Positions 10,386 through 22,399 of a DNA stretch of 64,000 bases are shown here, one piece after another (the first letter of the stretch is position 1; each line of letters begins with the position of its first letter). The stretch spans positions 496,001 to 560,000 of the forward strand of contig CDRNVI010000030.1 of NCBI GenBank assembly GCA_977017575.1, given 5' to 3'. Position numbers and translations under genes: made by a program. Below the pieces are notes generated by a model. That model saw only the letters and a list, made by a program, of their open reading frames with translations, did not search any database and was not told the origin of the DNA. Source of the stretch: Paramoeba atlantica. Its lineage: Eukaryota; Protista; Discosea.

Positions 10386-12683
10386 TTGGACGACAAGGTA
10401 CGACGGCTGAAAGAATTACACCCTCCTGGCGACCCGCCCCCTGCACCTACTTCGGAATATCCGCCAGCCGGTGTGGTTGAGTTGGAAGAAGTCCGGATGG
10501 CTATAACCAAGCTTGCCCATGGAGCGGCCCCGGGGCCGACAGGCCTCGGTGAGAATATCCTCCGCCTATTAGCCGACGACAACGAATCCTGTACCGCGCT
10601 ATGTCACATGCTCAGGGACGTCATCAATGGTGATGTATGCGCATCGGTACGCAACAGATTAACTCGATGTAGAATTATTGCCCTTGCGAAACCACAAAAC
10701 GGCATACGACCAATCGCGATGGGTGATACAGTGCTAAAAATATGCGGTTCCATTCTGTTGCAACGCCAAGAGGCATCTCTAAAAGGCTTCTTCTATCCCA
10801 TCCAACGTGGAGTCCTACAGAAAAACGCGTGCGAAAGCATTGTTCACGAACTCCTCAAGGACCGCGATTCCGGACACACTATCCTGACAGTAGACTACTC
10901 GAACGCGTATAACACTCCACAAAGAGCGGCCATTGCACGGGCACTGCAGCAAAACAGCGCTTTCAAACCATTCATGCGGATGTTCTACTGCGAATACGGC
11001 GACCCCTCGGACTTGCTTTTCTTTGCGAACAACCGCCTCCACACTACGATAAAGAGCACGTCCGGGGTACGGCAAGGCTCTGCGCTTTCCTCTCTTTACT
11101 TTTGTGCACTACTACAAGGAGCGTTGGTGGAACTCGCCGAGTTATTCCCCGAGGTTAAAATCCGCGCCTATATGGATGATGTGACGATGTCGTCGAAAAA
11201 CCGTCTTTCCCTAGAAGCAGCCTTCCTGCAGCTGCGTGAATTATCATCCGACATTGGCCTCAATATCAACTTCTCGAAATCAGAATGGTTTGATCACGAA
11301 GCTACTAAGCAAAACAACGAACAATCATTGGCTCTCAGTTCTTTAGGGGTATCCAAGTGTGACAAAACTATCAAAATTCTCGGCGCCTACATTGGGCAAC
11401 GTGCAGAGATAAGTGCTCTTCTCGTCCGAAAACTTGAGAAACATCAATGTTTATTCCGCAGGCTACGAAAAATGGGTCCTAGCAACATCTCCCTCGCCAT
11501 GCTGCAACGATGTGCACTCCCGCGAAACGATTATCACCTTCGAGTTCACCGACCGGCAGAATCCCTGGATATGGCACAAAGATTTGACACAGAAATTGCT
11601 CATATTGTAAAATATTGGTTCTTCGCAGATGACACTTCCATTCAACTAGCGTCACTACCGCAACACTTGGGTGGCCTTGGGCTAACTCCTTCTACTCTGA
11701 AGCAGCGATACTATTTTGACACCGCACGAAAATCTATTGATGAGCAACTAATTACCCCTAAAGCTCCGGTAGGTATTCGCATGTCGAAAGATCAAAACAG
11801 AGACACGAAACCCATGCAGCAAACAGCTCGAGTACATGCATCCAAAGCCATAAAAAAAGAACAAAAAGATCTAGCAACAGACCTACGCAAAGACCCACGA
11901 TTGGACTCCATTCTGAAGCGAACCACGACGTCATTTCGCCACCTACAATCCACTAGCGGATATGTGAATCCCTACCTTTTCCGATATACCATTATGACCA
12001 GGTTGGGAATCAAGCTTCCTTCGATGCCGGAAAGAGCCGAGTGCCCGGGTTGTGCTGCTGAGATGAGATCGGACGAAATCTTCCAACATATAATCGGATG
12101 CACAAAATGCGCAGGAATGAACGCAACAAGAAAGCATTCATCTCTTGTACGGTTCCTAGCAGATCTGTGCTCTAAAGCGGGCCTCCCCTCTGTGATTGAA
12201 CCGCGCATGCATGCTTCCTTTTACTGCACAAAATGCAAAGCGCACATTTCTCCAGAATCGATTGAGAAGCACCCTTGCCGTGCCCGAAGAATACGCTCTG
12301 GCCCCGACCTCGGTATTATGTGGCCACACATGGGCGAAGTACTGTATGACATCACCGTAGTTCACACCGGAAGCTTAAGCTATCGGAAGATGACTGAAAC
12401 ACAGCTGTTGCAAAATGCGATTGAGAGGAAAAGGAAAAAGTACTTTGAATCCGGCGGGATCGAAGAAGATTACTTTAAGTGCATTGCAATGACCGAAAGT
12501 GGTTCTTTGCACGAACACACACGGAATCTCATAGCCTCCCTCGCTAAGAGAGCGAACCTTAACGTTCCTGAAGTTCGTGAGGCATTTCAGCTTGAGATTG
12601 AAAAACTCAACGCTTATACAATTGTCTCACAGCTCCGTGACCTCCTACCGCGAGCTTCATGGCTCGGTTCTATGAAAGCTTGA
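10386..12683 (+). CDS. Group A1 CRE-like retrotransposon ORF (RT, zinc fingers, RLE), 5'-truncated
   Basis: IRPIAMGD, VDYSNAYN, GVRQGS, AYMDD, CPGC..HIIGC, RSGPD; homologous frame extends upstream to ~10300. Confidence 0.92.
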   Translation: MDDKVRRLKELHPPGDPPPAPTSEYPPAGVVELEEVRMAITKLAHGAAPGPTGLGENILRLLADDNESCTALCHMLRDVINGDVCASVRNRLTRCRIIALAKPQNGIRPIAMGDTVLKICGSILLQRQEASLKGFFYPIQRGVLQKNACESIVHELLKDRDSGHTILTVDYSNAYNTPQRAAIARALQQNSAFKPFMRMFYCEYGDPSDLLFFANNRLHTTIKSTSGVRQGSALSSLYFCALLQGALVELAELFPEVKIRAYMDDVTMSSKNRLSLEAAFLQLRELSSDIGLNINFSKSEWFDHEATKQNNEQSLALSSLGVSKCDKTIKILGAYIGQRAEISALLVRKLEKHQCLFRRLRKMGPSNISLAMLQRCALPRNDYHLRVHRPAESLDMAQRFDTEIAHIVKYWFFADDTSIQLASLPQHLGGLGLTPSTLKQRYYFDTARKSIDEQLITPKAPVGIRMSKDQNRDTKPMQQTARVHASKAIKKEQKDLATDLRKDPRLDSILKRTTTSFRHLQSTSGYVNPYLFRYTIMTRLGIKLPSMPERAECPGCAAEMRSDEIFQHIIGCTKCAGMNATRKHSSLVRFLADLCSKAGLPSVIEPRMHASFYCTKCKAHISPESIEKHPCRARRIRSGPDLGIMWPHMGEVLYDITVVHTGSLSYRKMTETQLLQNAIERKRKKYFESGGIEEDYFKCIAMTESGSLHEHTRNLIASLAKRANLNVPEVREAFQLEIEKLNAYTIVSQLRDLLPRASWLGSMKA

Positions 12684-13194
12684 AAAGGACGATAGGACAC
12701 AAGTTTGCGTGATAATCTTTTTTGTTGGTGTTTCAGAAATGCGAAATATGAGTTTACGATATGAAATTTAGGATACTATAACTGAAGTTCTAATTTTTGT
12801 GGATGGGGGTATTGCACGTCCTTTCCCAAGCATATTCCCCCATCCCCTGTTTATGCACCCCTCGTTTATACACCCCCCAATAAATACTGTAACTTAAGGC
12901 AGGTTGAATTATTAGTTTTGGGCTACAACATATGGGAAGGTTATGTACACGACGTTGATGCGTCGTTGCACAATCTTTAGAGCGAAATGATATTTAGGTT
13001 CATCGTTCAGAAATTCTTCGGGTGCGTCTAGTGGCGTTGGTGCATTGATTTGTGTGGTGCAAACGGTGTGGTGTAATTGCTCGTGCGGTCTAGTAGCGCA
13101 GTCCTCTGCCTTCTTCGTTTCTTCTGCCTTTCGGCGAGCCGTTTCTTCTGCCTTCAGTCTTCTGCGTCGTTGCCCGTTAGGGGAGGGGGGGCAC

Positions 13195-13326
13195 TCGATG
13201 AATATTCATCGAACGCACTGTCCGTTCGATGAATATTCATCGAACAGGACATCCTGTTCGATGAATGGATTGCAGTACGACCCGTTCGATGAATCATTCA
13301 TCGAACAGGACATCCTGTTCGATGAA
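13195..13326. repeat. Palindrome array (copy of 1124-1255)
   Basis: Same sequence at offset 12071. Confidence 0.9.
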
Positions 13327-15791
13327 TGAAAACGCAATTTTTTTTTGTAAAAAAAAAGCTCGTTTCGGTCTGCATCATGCTCGTGGCTGCTACTTTGATC
13401 CGTAAGACAAAAACAAATCCGAAACGTTATCAAAAAGCGGAAGGATTCTTAAAACTATTGCCTCATAAGTTTACAAAGATAAAATCATAACTTACAAATA
13501 CACAAACCTAGCAAAAGCAGGGACGCGTTGTTGGCACCCATCTTTTTAAGACGTCTGAATATCGTATGGTGTTTTTCCAGCGTTCGGATTAATTCGGATC
13601 CTATGCGCTGTTCCTCCCCAACGAATGCACCCAGTACTTTAATGACTTCGCTCTCTGTACGCACACCTTCTTCTTTGAGTGTTGATGGAATGGGGGCGTC
13701 GCTTTTCCCTTCAAACCAGATACATTTTTCGTTATTGAGTTGAATTCCTTTAGTGAGAAGTTTTTTTTTTACAAACCGTCACTTCGGTTATAGCGGGACA
13801 TGCAACATATTGCAACATGAATCGTTTTGCCTTGGATTGGTTCTGGTCCTTTATAAAAAGTGTGTTCTTTATAAAAAGTGTGTTCTTTATAAAATTTTGT
13901 TTAGTGTCACTGTCTGTGAACATTCATCTCAGTTTCTTTTCATAGACTTTCAGTCGTCTAAACTTCAACTCTTATATCAATAGTCAACGCCTACCGAAAA
14001 ACTCGCACGTGCCTAAAAAGCCGTATTGTCCACTTGAGTTGTGGCTATGTATTTGCGGAGTTGGGACATCACCACTGAACCGTTAAGTTCCTGTAGTCGA
14101 AGGGTGAAATCCTGTACTACGAAGTCCCGTTCGAGTCCACATGCATCAGCCAGGGTTGTGATAAGCTCTTTGGTGTTGCTGTGCATTGCACCGCCGGAGA
14201 GCATTGGTACACATTGGAATTGCTCATTAGGAATAAGCTTAGACGCCACGTATTTGGAGACTTTGCGTTTTATGGCATCACGGAAAAGCTGAGCGGTGCT
14301 ACGTCCAACATTTGATTGCGATAGCTCGTGGACGATGGTGAAATCGTAGTATACATCTCCGCTTGCCCAATGAATCACGATATCTGGGCCCGAATGATAA
14401 AAAGATCCGGATCCGCAGGTTCTTAGGTGATGGGATTTGCCGTCGCCATCCACGCTTGCTCCACATTTTGCGCAAGTATAGGTGGAGAACTGTCTGGGTT
14501 CCAGCTCACAGGGCAGACCTGATTTTATGCATAATTCATAAATATTCCGAACCATCCTGTTGTGCTTTGCCGTTGCGTTATTGCCTGAACATTTGACGCA
14601 CCCGGACACGTGCGTGAGCGCTGTACGGGGGGTAAGTAATGCATGGCACCCTGGACACTGTAAATTGGAGGGGAGGCTCGGATGTGCAATCCCAATGCGT
14701 GAGAAGCAGGGTTTGTAACCGGTGGTATGATTAGATCTCGAGTTGATGTGATTTTAATTTTCAGACTGCTACTTTTTTGGCTTTCGGGCGATGGATGCGG
14801 ATTCGCTGGCGCGATAGAATTGTGGGCGGGAGGGGGAGAGAGTGGACGCGGCAATGGTGGACGGGACGGCTGAGCCCGCGTCGCTGTGTGGATCGGCTCG
14901 TGCGGCCGAGGAACTGAGGACGATCGTGACGAATTTACCGCCGCGTATGCCTCGTGAGCTAAATTGGGGGAGAGTGGGCGAGGCAGTGGCGGAGTTGTTA
15001 TCTGCGCCCGCGGCGATGTGTCGGACGGCGTGCGCAGCAGAGAAGGCAATCGCGGCAGCGGCGGAGGAGAAGTTCGTTGTGAGGGTGTCTTTCGTGGTGC
15101 TGAATGGGGTGGCTGTTGTTGTTGTGGCGGCGGCGGCGACGACGGTGGTGGGGGGGCACGGGTTTCCGATGGTTGTTCCTCCGGCTTTTTCTTTCGGCGT
15201 GTGGGCGGTAGCGGTTGGACAACGGGAGCTAATCCCGTTTCTTTCGCCCGGCTGCGGGTGAACATTCCCATCAGTAAGACTAAAAAAAAAAAAACAACAA
15301 CAACAACAAGGATCAGGATCCAAGCATCATTGATCAGGATCCTCAGCATTGACGCCACGAAACTCCACCGAGTCCCTAGGTACGAACCTCAAACCATGGA
15401 GAGTGCAGCAGGTGATGCTGAAGAAGTTGACCACGGAGTTGATTTAGAACCGCTACCGCCTTTCGCACAAATTGACTCGGCTTTCTCTGTGCACGTAGTT
15501 ACCATTTTTCGTTCCATCATCAAAGACTATCCAAGACTAGAACTGACATCGGAGAAGGAAGCAGTCTGGCATAAATTTCTGAACGCGCCCCGCGATTCGC
15601 TACTCACAGTCCGGAAAGCTATACGTCGACGCGAAAGTGTACCACACTTACCAAAGAACGCGAAACCCGAAGCAGTGGACAATCTGACCGAAGAAGAACA
15701 GAAGGAACTCGAAATTGACCGGCGCTCAATCAATAATTCGATTACCTTCACAAGATCTATTAATGAAAATAATAAGATTCGTTCCTTTAGA

Positions 15792-16489
15792 TTTTTTTTT
15801 TTTTGCAAATAATTGGGGGGAATAGTATTGAGTCTAACTTTTTATGTATGGAGTCCAACTTTTCCACAATTTCCACACTTACGGCCCTTCACTTTCCCTT
15901 ACTCCCCATACTTTCCACACCTACTCCTCTTAGCCCTCTCGTACTTCCCTTCCCTCACTCCCTACCCCACTCACCGATCCGCATGCACCCAGGCCCGTAT
16001 GGTCCTGCACCTCCGCTCCCACCCCGTTAGCAGTAATAAATACTTTTGGTTGCCGTACGAGGGTGGGAGACGTGGAGGCCACGAAACACAAAGACGTCGT
16101 CACGCCGAGGGAGAAGAGCGCGGAGAGAGACACGGGGCGACTGACGCAGGGGCGAGAGGAGGCGAAGCACGGGCCCATCTGCCAGGAACTCTGCCCCCAC
16201 CCCGTGAGCAAGTATTGTATACTTTTGGCTGCTGACACGGGGGTGGGGGACGCGAGAGAGAAACACAACAGGGGGGCAAGCGCACTGCGGAGGGAGGGTG
16301 AGGTGGGGGGATGCGGCGCAGGGGGGTGATGGGACGAGACGGGGAAGGGGGATGCCGACAAAAAGGAGTGTATTTGAGGGGGGTGCCCTCCCATGGTCTG
16401 GAAGATGGTGTATGGAAGAAAAGGGGAAATAATTCAACAAGGTACAGAAACTGTATCTTTATCGTTAAAGATGTATCTTATCGTTAAAG
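15792..16489 (-). mobile_element. SL-led SINE-like element D (SL at 16435-16472)
   Basis: Tandem-unit copy of 7929-8626. Confidence 0.8.
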
Positions 16490-18250
16490 TTTAGATTTTT
16501 TTTTTTTTTTTTTTACGAAACTCCTCAAGAATCAGTGCAAGCAGTGATAATATTGCCTTCCTTTGCAATTTTTATTCTTTTTATATATTTTTGAGTGGGA
16601 ATTCGCTATAGATATTATGTATATAATAATACATTAATAGGCATTGAGAAACGAAACTATGTTGATACATTTGGCTCAAATGCTGTACCTGCTGCTGCCT
16701 TGCGGGGATAAGTGGTTCCGCAACTGGGCGTACACTTCCGTCCCATTCAGTTCCTGAAGTAGGAGCTTGAACTCCATTTCGGTTGCTCGACGATTTAAGA
16801 GTGCCGCGTCGGATAGGACATGCAACAGAGATCTCGTATTTTGATGAAGAGAGCCGCAGGACAGCACTGGGATGCACTGAAATGCGAAGTCGGGAATTTT
16901 TCCGGATGTCACATATGTATCCCGTTTCCGCTTGATTGCATCTGTAAGAAGCTGGGAACAAGATTTCGCTTGATTGGAGTTCGATAGCTCGTGCACCACA
17001 GTTAGATCATAAAATATTTCCCCGGTTGACCAATATATCATTTTTTGATGACACTTGTCCCCTCGAAACCAGCAAAGCCTCAAAGTAAAAAAGAACAGTT
17101 CCCGGATCAATTATTGTATACGCGCCAATTGTTGTCAAACGTGATGAAGAATCAATGCAGAAGTAGCAGTATCTAATATATTCGAAAGGACCTAATATAT
17201 TCGAAGGCAACTAATCAATACTTATTTGTACGGAGATATACGTGTGGTAGTGAACTCTTTTAGAGTCGTAAACTCCCAATCCACTTTTCATCGGTGATGT
17301 AATCTCGGAGTTGAGACACTACCGTGTAAGCCGATAGCTTTTCAAGTTCCAGCTGAAAAGCCTCACGCACGTTTTCATATTTTCGATTCGCGCGCTGAGC
17401 CAACGCCTTTAATAGTTGTTTTGTGTCGTTGTGCAACACACCACAATCTGAGGCGGCGATGCAACGAAATGCCTCACTGTCCACACCTTTCTCTGTCACA
17501 TATTTCTTGAACTTCCTTTCCTGGGCTTGCTGCAGTAGGTAGTTGCTTGTTTGTTTCTTGTAACTGTTGCAGCAAGTGTGAACCACTGTGAAATCATAGA
17601 GGACTTCTCCCATATGGGGCCACATGATAGCGAGGTCGGGGCCAGATCGAATCCTGCGCGCCTTACATGGATGTTGGTCAGAAACCTCCGCAGAAATAGA
17701 GCATTTACACTTTGTACAATAAAATGAGGAGTGAATTCGCGGTTCGATAACACACGGAAGTCCTGCCTTCGCGCACAAGTCAGCTAGATAGCGCACGATG
17801 TGAGAGTGTTTACGAGTGCAGTTCATACCTGAGCATCTCGAGCATCCTGCGATATGTGGAATAATACTAGAAGATGTTTCTGGACCACAGCATCCCGGGC
17901 ATACGACGTTTATATATATCACCAAATCAGGCCCTGAGCGAAACAGCTGACGTCCGGCACATGTTTTGTCATGAATCATTTTGTTGCTTGGAAACACTTT
18001 ATTCTTGCAAATTCCGCATTGCCAAGTCGAAAAAGATCGCGGTTCTTTCTCACATTGTATACCGGCCTTTTGCGCCAAATCGAAGATATACTTAACCAGC
18101 CGATTGTGCTTCACTGTGGCATTAAGCCCTGTACATTGGACGCATCCGGGAACGCTCTAAATCCGGAACGCTCTAAAGGCAGCTCGAGCAGGGAATCTTG
18201 GCAAAGCAACCAGGGTTCTGGACAACGTCTATCTCGACTCCTCACTAAGT

Positions 18251-20548
18251 TTGGACGACAAGGTACGACGGCTGAAAGAATTACACCCTCCTGGCGACCC
18301 GCCCCCTGCACCTACTTCGGAATATCCGCCAGCCGGTGTGGTTGAGTTGGAAGAAGTCCGGATGGCTATAACCAAGCTTGCCCATGGAGCGGCCCCGGGG
18401 CCGACAGGCCTCGGTGAGAATATCCTCCGCCTATTAGCCGACGACAACGAATCCTGTACCGCGCTATGTCACATGCTCAGGGACGTCATCAATGGTGATG
18501 TATGCGCATCGGTACGCAACAGATTAACTCGATGTAGAATTATTGCCCTTGCGAAACCACAAAACGGCATACGACCAATCGCGATGGGTGATACAGTGCT
18601 AAAAATATGCGGTTCCATTCTGTTGCAACGCCAAGAGGCATCTCTAAAAGGCTTCTTCTATCCCATCCAACGTGGAGTCCTACAGAAAAACGCGTGCGAA
18701 AGCATTGTTCACGAACTCCTCAAGGACCGCGATTCCGGACACACTATCCTGACAGTAGACTACTCGAACGCGTATAACACTCCACAAAGAGCGGCCATTG
18801 CACGGGCACTGCAGCAAAACAGCGCTTTCAAACCATTTATGCGGATGTTCTACTGCGAATACGGCGACCCCTCGGACTTGCTTTTCTTTGCGAACAACCG
18901 CCTCCACACTACGATAAAGAGCACGTCCGGGGTACGGCAAGGCTCTGCGCTTTCCTCTCTTTACTTTTGTGCACTACTACAAGGAGCGTTGGTGGAACTC
19001 GCCGAGTTATTCCCCGAGGTTAAAATCCGCGCCTATATGGATGATGTGACGATGTCGTCGAAAAACCGTCTTTCCCTAGAAGCAGCCTTCCTGCAGCTGC
19101 GTGAATTATCATCCGACATTGGCCTCAATATCAACTTCTCGAAATCAGAATGGTTTGATCACGAAGCTACTAAGCAAAACAACGAACAATCATTGGCTCT
19201 CAGTTCTTTAGGGGTATCCAAGTGTGACAAAACTATCAAAATTCTCGGCGCCTACATTGGGCAACGTGCAGAGATAAGTGCTCTTCTCGTCCGAAAACTT
19301 GAGAAACATCAATGTTTATTCCGCAGGCTACGAAAAATGGGTCCTAGCAACATCTCCCTCGCCATGCTGCAACGATGTGCACTCCCGCGAAACGATTATC
19401 ACCTTCGAGTTCACCGACCGGCAGAATCCCTGGATATGGCACAAAGATTTGACACAGAAATTGCTGATATTGTAAAATATTGGTTCTTCGCAGATGACAC
19501 TTCCATTCAACTAGCGTCACTACCGCAACACTTGGGTGGCCTTGGGCTAACTCCTTCTACTCTGAAGCAGCGATACTATTTTGACACCGCACGAAAATCT
19601 ATTGATGAGCAACTAATTACCCCTAAAGCTCCGGTAGGTATTCGCATGTCGAAAGATCAAAACAGAGACACGAAACCCATGCAGCAAACAGCTCGAGTAC
19701 ATGCATCCCAAGCCATAAAAAAAGAACAAAAAGATCTAGCAACAGACCTACGCAAAGACCCACGATTGGACTCCATTCTGAAGCGAACCACGACGTCATT
19801 TCGCCACCTACAATCCACTAGCGGATATGTGAATCCCTACCTTTTCCGATATACCATTATGACCAGGTTGGGAATCAAGCTTCCTTCGATGCCGGACAGA
19901 GCCGAGTGCCCGGGTTGTGCTGCTGAGATGAGATCGGACGAAATCTTCCAACATATAATCGGATGCACAAAATGCGCAGGAATGAACGCAACAAGAAAGC
20001 ATTCATCTCTTGTACGGTTCCTAGCAGATCTGTGCTCTAAAGCGGGCCTCCCCTCTGTGATTGAACCGCGCATGCATGCTTCCTTTTACTGCACAAAATG
20101 CAAAGCGCACATTTCTCCAGAATCGATTGAGAAGCACCCTTGCCGTGCCCGAAGAATACGCTCTGGCCCCGACCTCGGTATTATGTGGCCACACATGGGC
20201 GAAGTACTGTATGACATCACCGTAGTTCACACCGGAAGCTTAAGCTATCGGAAGATGACTGAAACACAGCTGTTGCAAAATGCGATTGAGAGGAAAAGGA
20301 AAAAGTACTTTGAATCCGGCGGGATCGAAGAAGATTACTTTAAGTGCATTGCAATGACCGAAAGTGGTTCTTTGCACGAACACACACGGAATCTCATAGC
20401 CTCCCTCGCTAAGAGAGCGAACCTTAACGTTCCTGAAGTTCGTGAGGCATTTCAGCTTGAGATTGAAAAACTCAACGCTTATACAATTGTCTCACAGCTC
20501 CGTGACCTCCTACCGCGAGCTTCATGGCTCGGTTCTATGAAAGCTTGA
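18251..20548 (+). CDS. Group A1 CRE-like retrotransposon ORF, second copy
   Basis: 765 aa; differs from 10386..12683 at 3 visible residues (H/D, K/Q, E/D). Confidence 0.92.
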   Translation: MDDKVRRLKELHPPGDPPPAPTSEYPPAGVVELEEVRMAITKLAHGAAPGPTGLGENILRLLADDNESCTALCHMLRDVINGDVCASVRNRLTRCRIIALAKPQNGIRPIAMGDTVLKICGSILLQRQEASLKGFFYPIQRGVLQKNACESIVHELLKDRDSGHTILTVDYSNAYNTPQRAAIARALQQNSAFKPFMRMFYCEYGDPSDLLFFANNRLHTTIKSTSGVRQGSALSSLYFCALLQGALVELAELFPEVKIRAYMDDVTMSSKNRLSLEAAFLQLRELSSDIGLNINFSKSEWFDHEATKQNNEQSLALSSLGVSKCDKTIKILGAYIGQRAEISALLVRKLEKHQCLFRRLRKMGPSNISLAMLQRCALPRNDYHLRVHRPAESLDMAQRFDTEIADIVKYWFFADDTSIQLASLPQHLGGLGLTPSTLKQRYYFDTARKSIDEQLITPKAPVGIRMSKDQNRDTKPMQQTARVHASQAIKKEQKDLATDLRKDPRLDSILKRTTTSFRHLQSTSGYVNPYLFRYTIMTRLGIKLPSMPDRAECPGCAAEMRSDEIFQHIIGCTKCAGMNATRKHSSLVRFLADLCSKAGLPSVIEPRMHASFYCTKCKAHISPESIEKHPCRARRIRSGPDLGIMWPHMGEVLYDITVVHTGSLSYRKMTETQLLQNAIERKRKKYFESGGIEEDYFKCIAMTESGSLHEHTRNLIASLAKRANLNVPEVREAFQLEIEKLNAYTIVSQLRDLLPRASWLGSMKA

Positions 20549-21059
20549 AAAGGACGATAGGACACAAGTTTGCGTGATAATCTTTTTTGTTGGTGTTTCA
20601 GAAATGCGAAATATGAGTTTACGATATGAAATTTAGGATACTATAACTGAAGTTCTAATTTTTGTGGATGGGGGTATTGCACGTCCTTTCCCAAGCATAT
20701 TCCCCCATCCCCTGTTTATGCACCCCTCGTTTATACACCCCGCAATAAATACTGTAACTTAAGGCAGGTTGAATTATTAGTTTTGGGCTACAACATATGG
20801 GAAGGTTATGTACACGACGTTGATGCGTCGTTGCACAATCTTTAGAGCGAAATGATATTTAGGTTCATTGTTCAGAAATTCTTCGGGTGCGTCTAGTGGC
20901 GTTGGTGCATTGATTTGTGTGGTGCAAACGGTGTGGTGTAATTGCTCGTGCGGTCTAGTAGCGCAGTCCTCTGCCTTCTTCGTTTCTTCTGCCTTTCGGC
21001 GAGCCGTTTCTTCTGCCTTCAGTCTTCTGCGTCGTTGCCCGTTAGGGGAGGGGGGGCAC

Positions 21060-21159
21060 TCGATGAATATTCATCGAACGCACTGTCCGTTCGATGAATG
21101 GATTGCAGTACGACCCGTTCGATGAATCATTCATCGAACAGGATGTCCTGTTCGATGAA
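21060..21159. repeat. Palindrome array, shorter variant
   Basis: One unit missing; spacer AGGATGTCCT instead of AGGACATCCT. Confidence 0.88.
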
Positions 21160-21829
21160 TGAAAACGCAATTTTTTTTTGTAAAAAAAAAGCTCGTTTCG
21201 GTCTGCATCATGCTCGTGGCTGCTACTTTGATCCGTAAGACAAAAACAAATCCGAAACGTTATCAAAAAGCGGAAGGATTCTTAAAACTATTGCCTCATA
21301 AGTTTACAAAGATAAAATCATAACTTACAAATACACAAACCTGCGGAAGCGGCAGACACAGGTCCTCAGTGCGCGACCCAAAAAATATTGGGTTGGGGGT
21401 ACGTTCGTTGTACTCAACGAACTGCCGGATTTTCGTTGAGTACTCAACGAACGGAAATTTACGGTGCAAGTCAAGGACTTTTGCATCGGTCAAGGACTTT
21501 TGTGGAACACCCAAGAATTTTTTTTGATTTTCATTTTCCGTGTGTTCAGTATCCTACACTACACTATATACGTTGACAACGCCTGCGTAGCGAAAACTAC
21601 GAAATTCAGTGAGCTTCGCAAATTGCTTCCCACTAACGACGCACAGGGGAATCCTACGCGGGGTACGGCTCAGGCCCGCTCACGCGGGCCCTCGCCGTTT
21701 CGCGGCCGCGCGCACCCCCGCTCACGCGGGGGCCCCCGCGCGGCCAAAATGGGTACTAAAATTTGTTATCAAGGTAGTTGGGCTTCGCAAATTGCTTCCC
21801 ACGAATCTAGAGAGAAGCACACGTACAAT

Positions 21830-21868
21830 AATCTTTAACGATAAAGATACAGTTTCTGTACCTTGTTG
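21830..21868 (+). other. Spliced-leader-like exon (39 nt including upstream A)
   Basis: AATCTTTAACG...CCTTGTTG followed by a 23-nt UTR and ATG 21892. Confidence 0.8.
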
Positions 21869-21891
21869 ATTATTTACTTTTTTTACCTTTC

Positions 21892-22070
21892 ATGGGAGTG
21901 TTCACACGCTCCAAAGCAAAAGAATCAGGAGTAGCTCCTGAGATTTTGCCGCTCCCTCGTGCCCGATGGAAAAAGAAGGCCGTGATGCCAACTCATCCGC
22001 CCGCCGTGCTAATATCCACCACCTCCGCATGGAGCGCGCGGGTCGCCAAAAAATATAATTATGTCCCAGG
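21892..22070 (+). pseudogene. 5' start of a CRE-like ORF (MGVFTRSKAKESGVAP), truncated
   Basis: Homologous to MGMFTRSRAK starts at 7408 and 55040. Confidence 0.75.
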
Positions 22071-22285
22071 GCTACGCTCACAGTTGAGCCTTGCTCGCAA
22101 AAGGGGGCTTTTGCCTCCAGAAGCGGGCTACGCTCACAGTTGGGCCTTGCTCGCAGACGGGGGCCTTGCTTGCACACTTGGGCTTCGCTGACAGTTGGGC
22201 CTTGCCTCCAGACATGTAAACGAGATGGTAATGTTCAAATTCCCCCCAAAAAAAATCGAGACGAAAAATTCGTGCAGCAGTGCCC

Positions 22286-22399
22286 GTTGGATGAATGATT
22301 CATCGAACGCACTGCCCGTTCGATGAATATTCATCGAACGGGACGCCGTTCAATGAATATTCATCGAACGCACGGTGCCTTCGATGAATTTTCATCGAA
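22286..22399. repeat. Palindrome array, diverged relative (4 units)
   Basis: GTT(C/G)(G/A)ATGAA..TTCATCGAAC units with 8-10 nt spacers. Confidence 0.85.

Larger units (their letters stand above)
5663..21340 (+). repeat. Tandem duplication of a ~7.9-kb composite unit (5663-13543 and 13544-~21340); partial third copy at 1-1478
   Basis: ORF track repeats at offsets 7863-7865 (e.g. 10386/18251) and 12071 (46..612 vs end of 12683); a few substitutions and satellite indels between copies. Confidence 0.92.

Noticed and set aside
10815-12365. Antisense ORFs within RT genes (throughout the window)
   Set aside because: Shadow frames of the long retroelement ORFs
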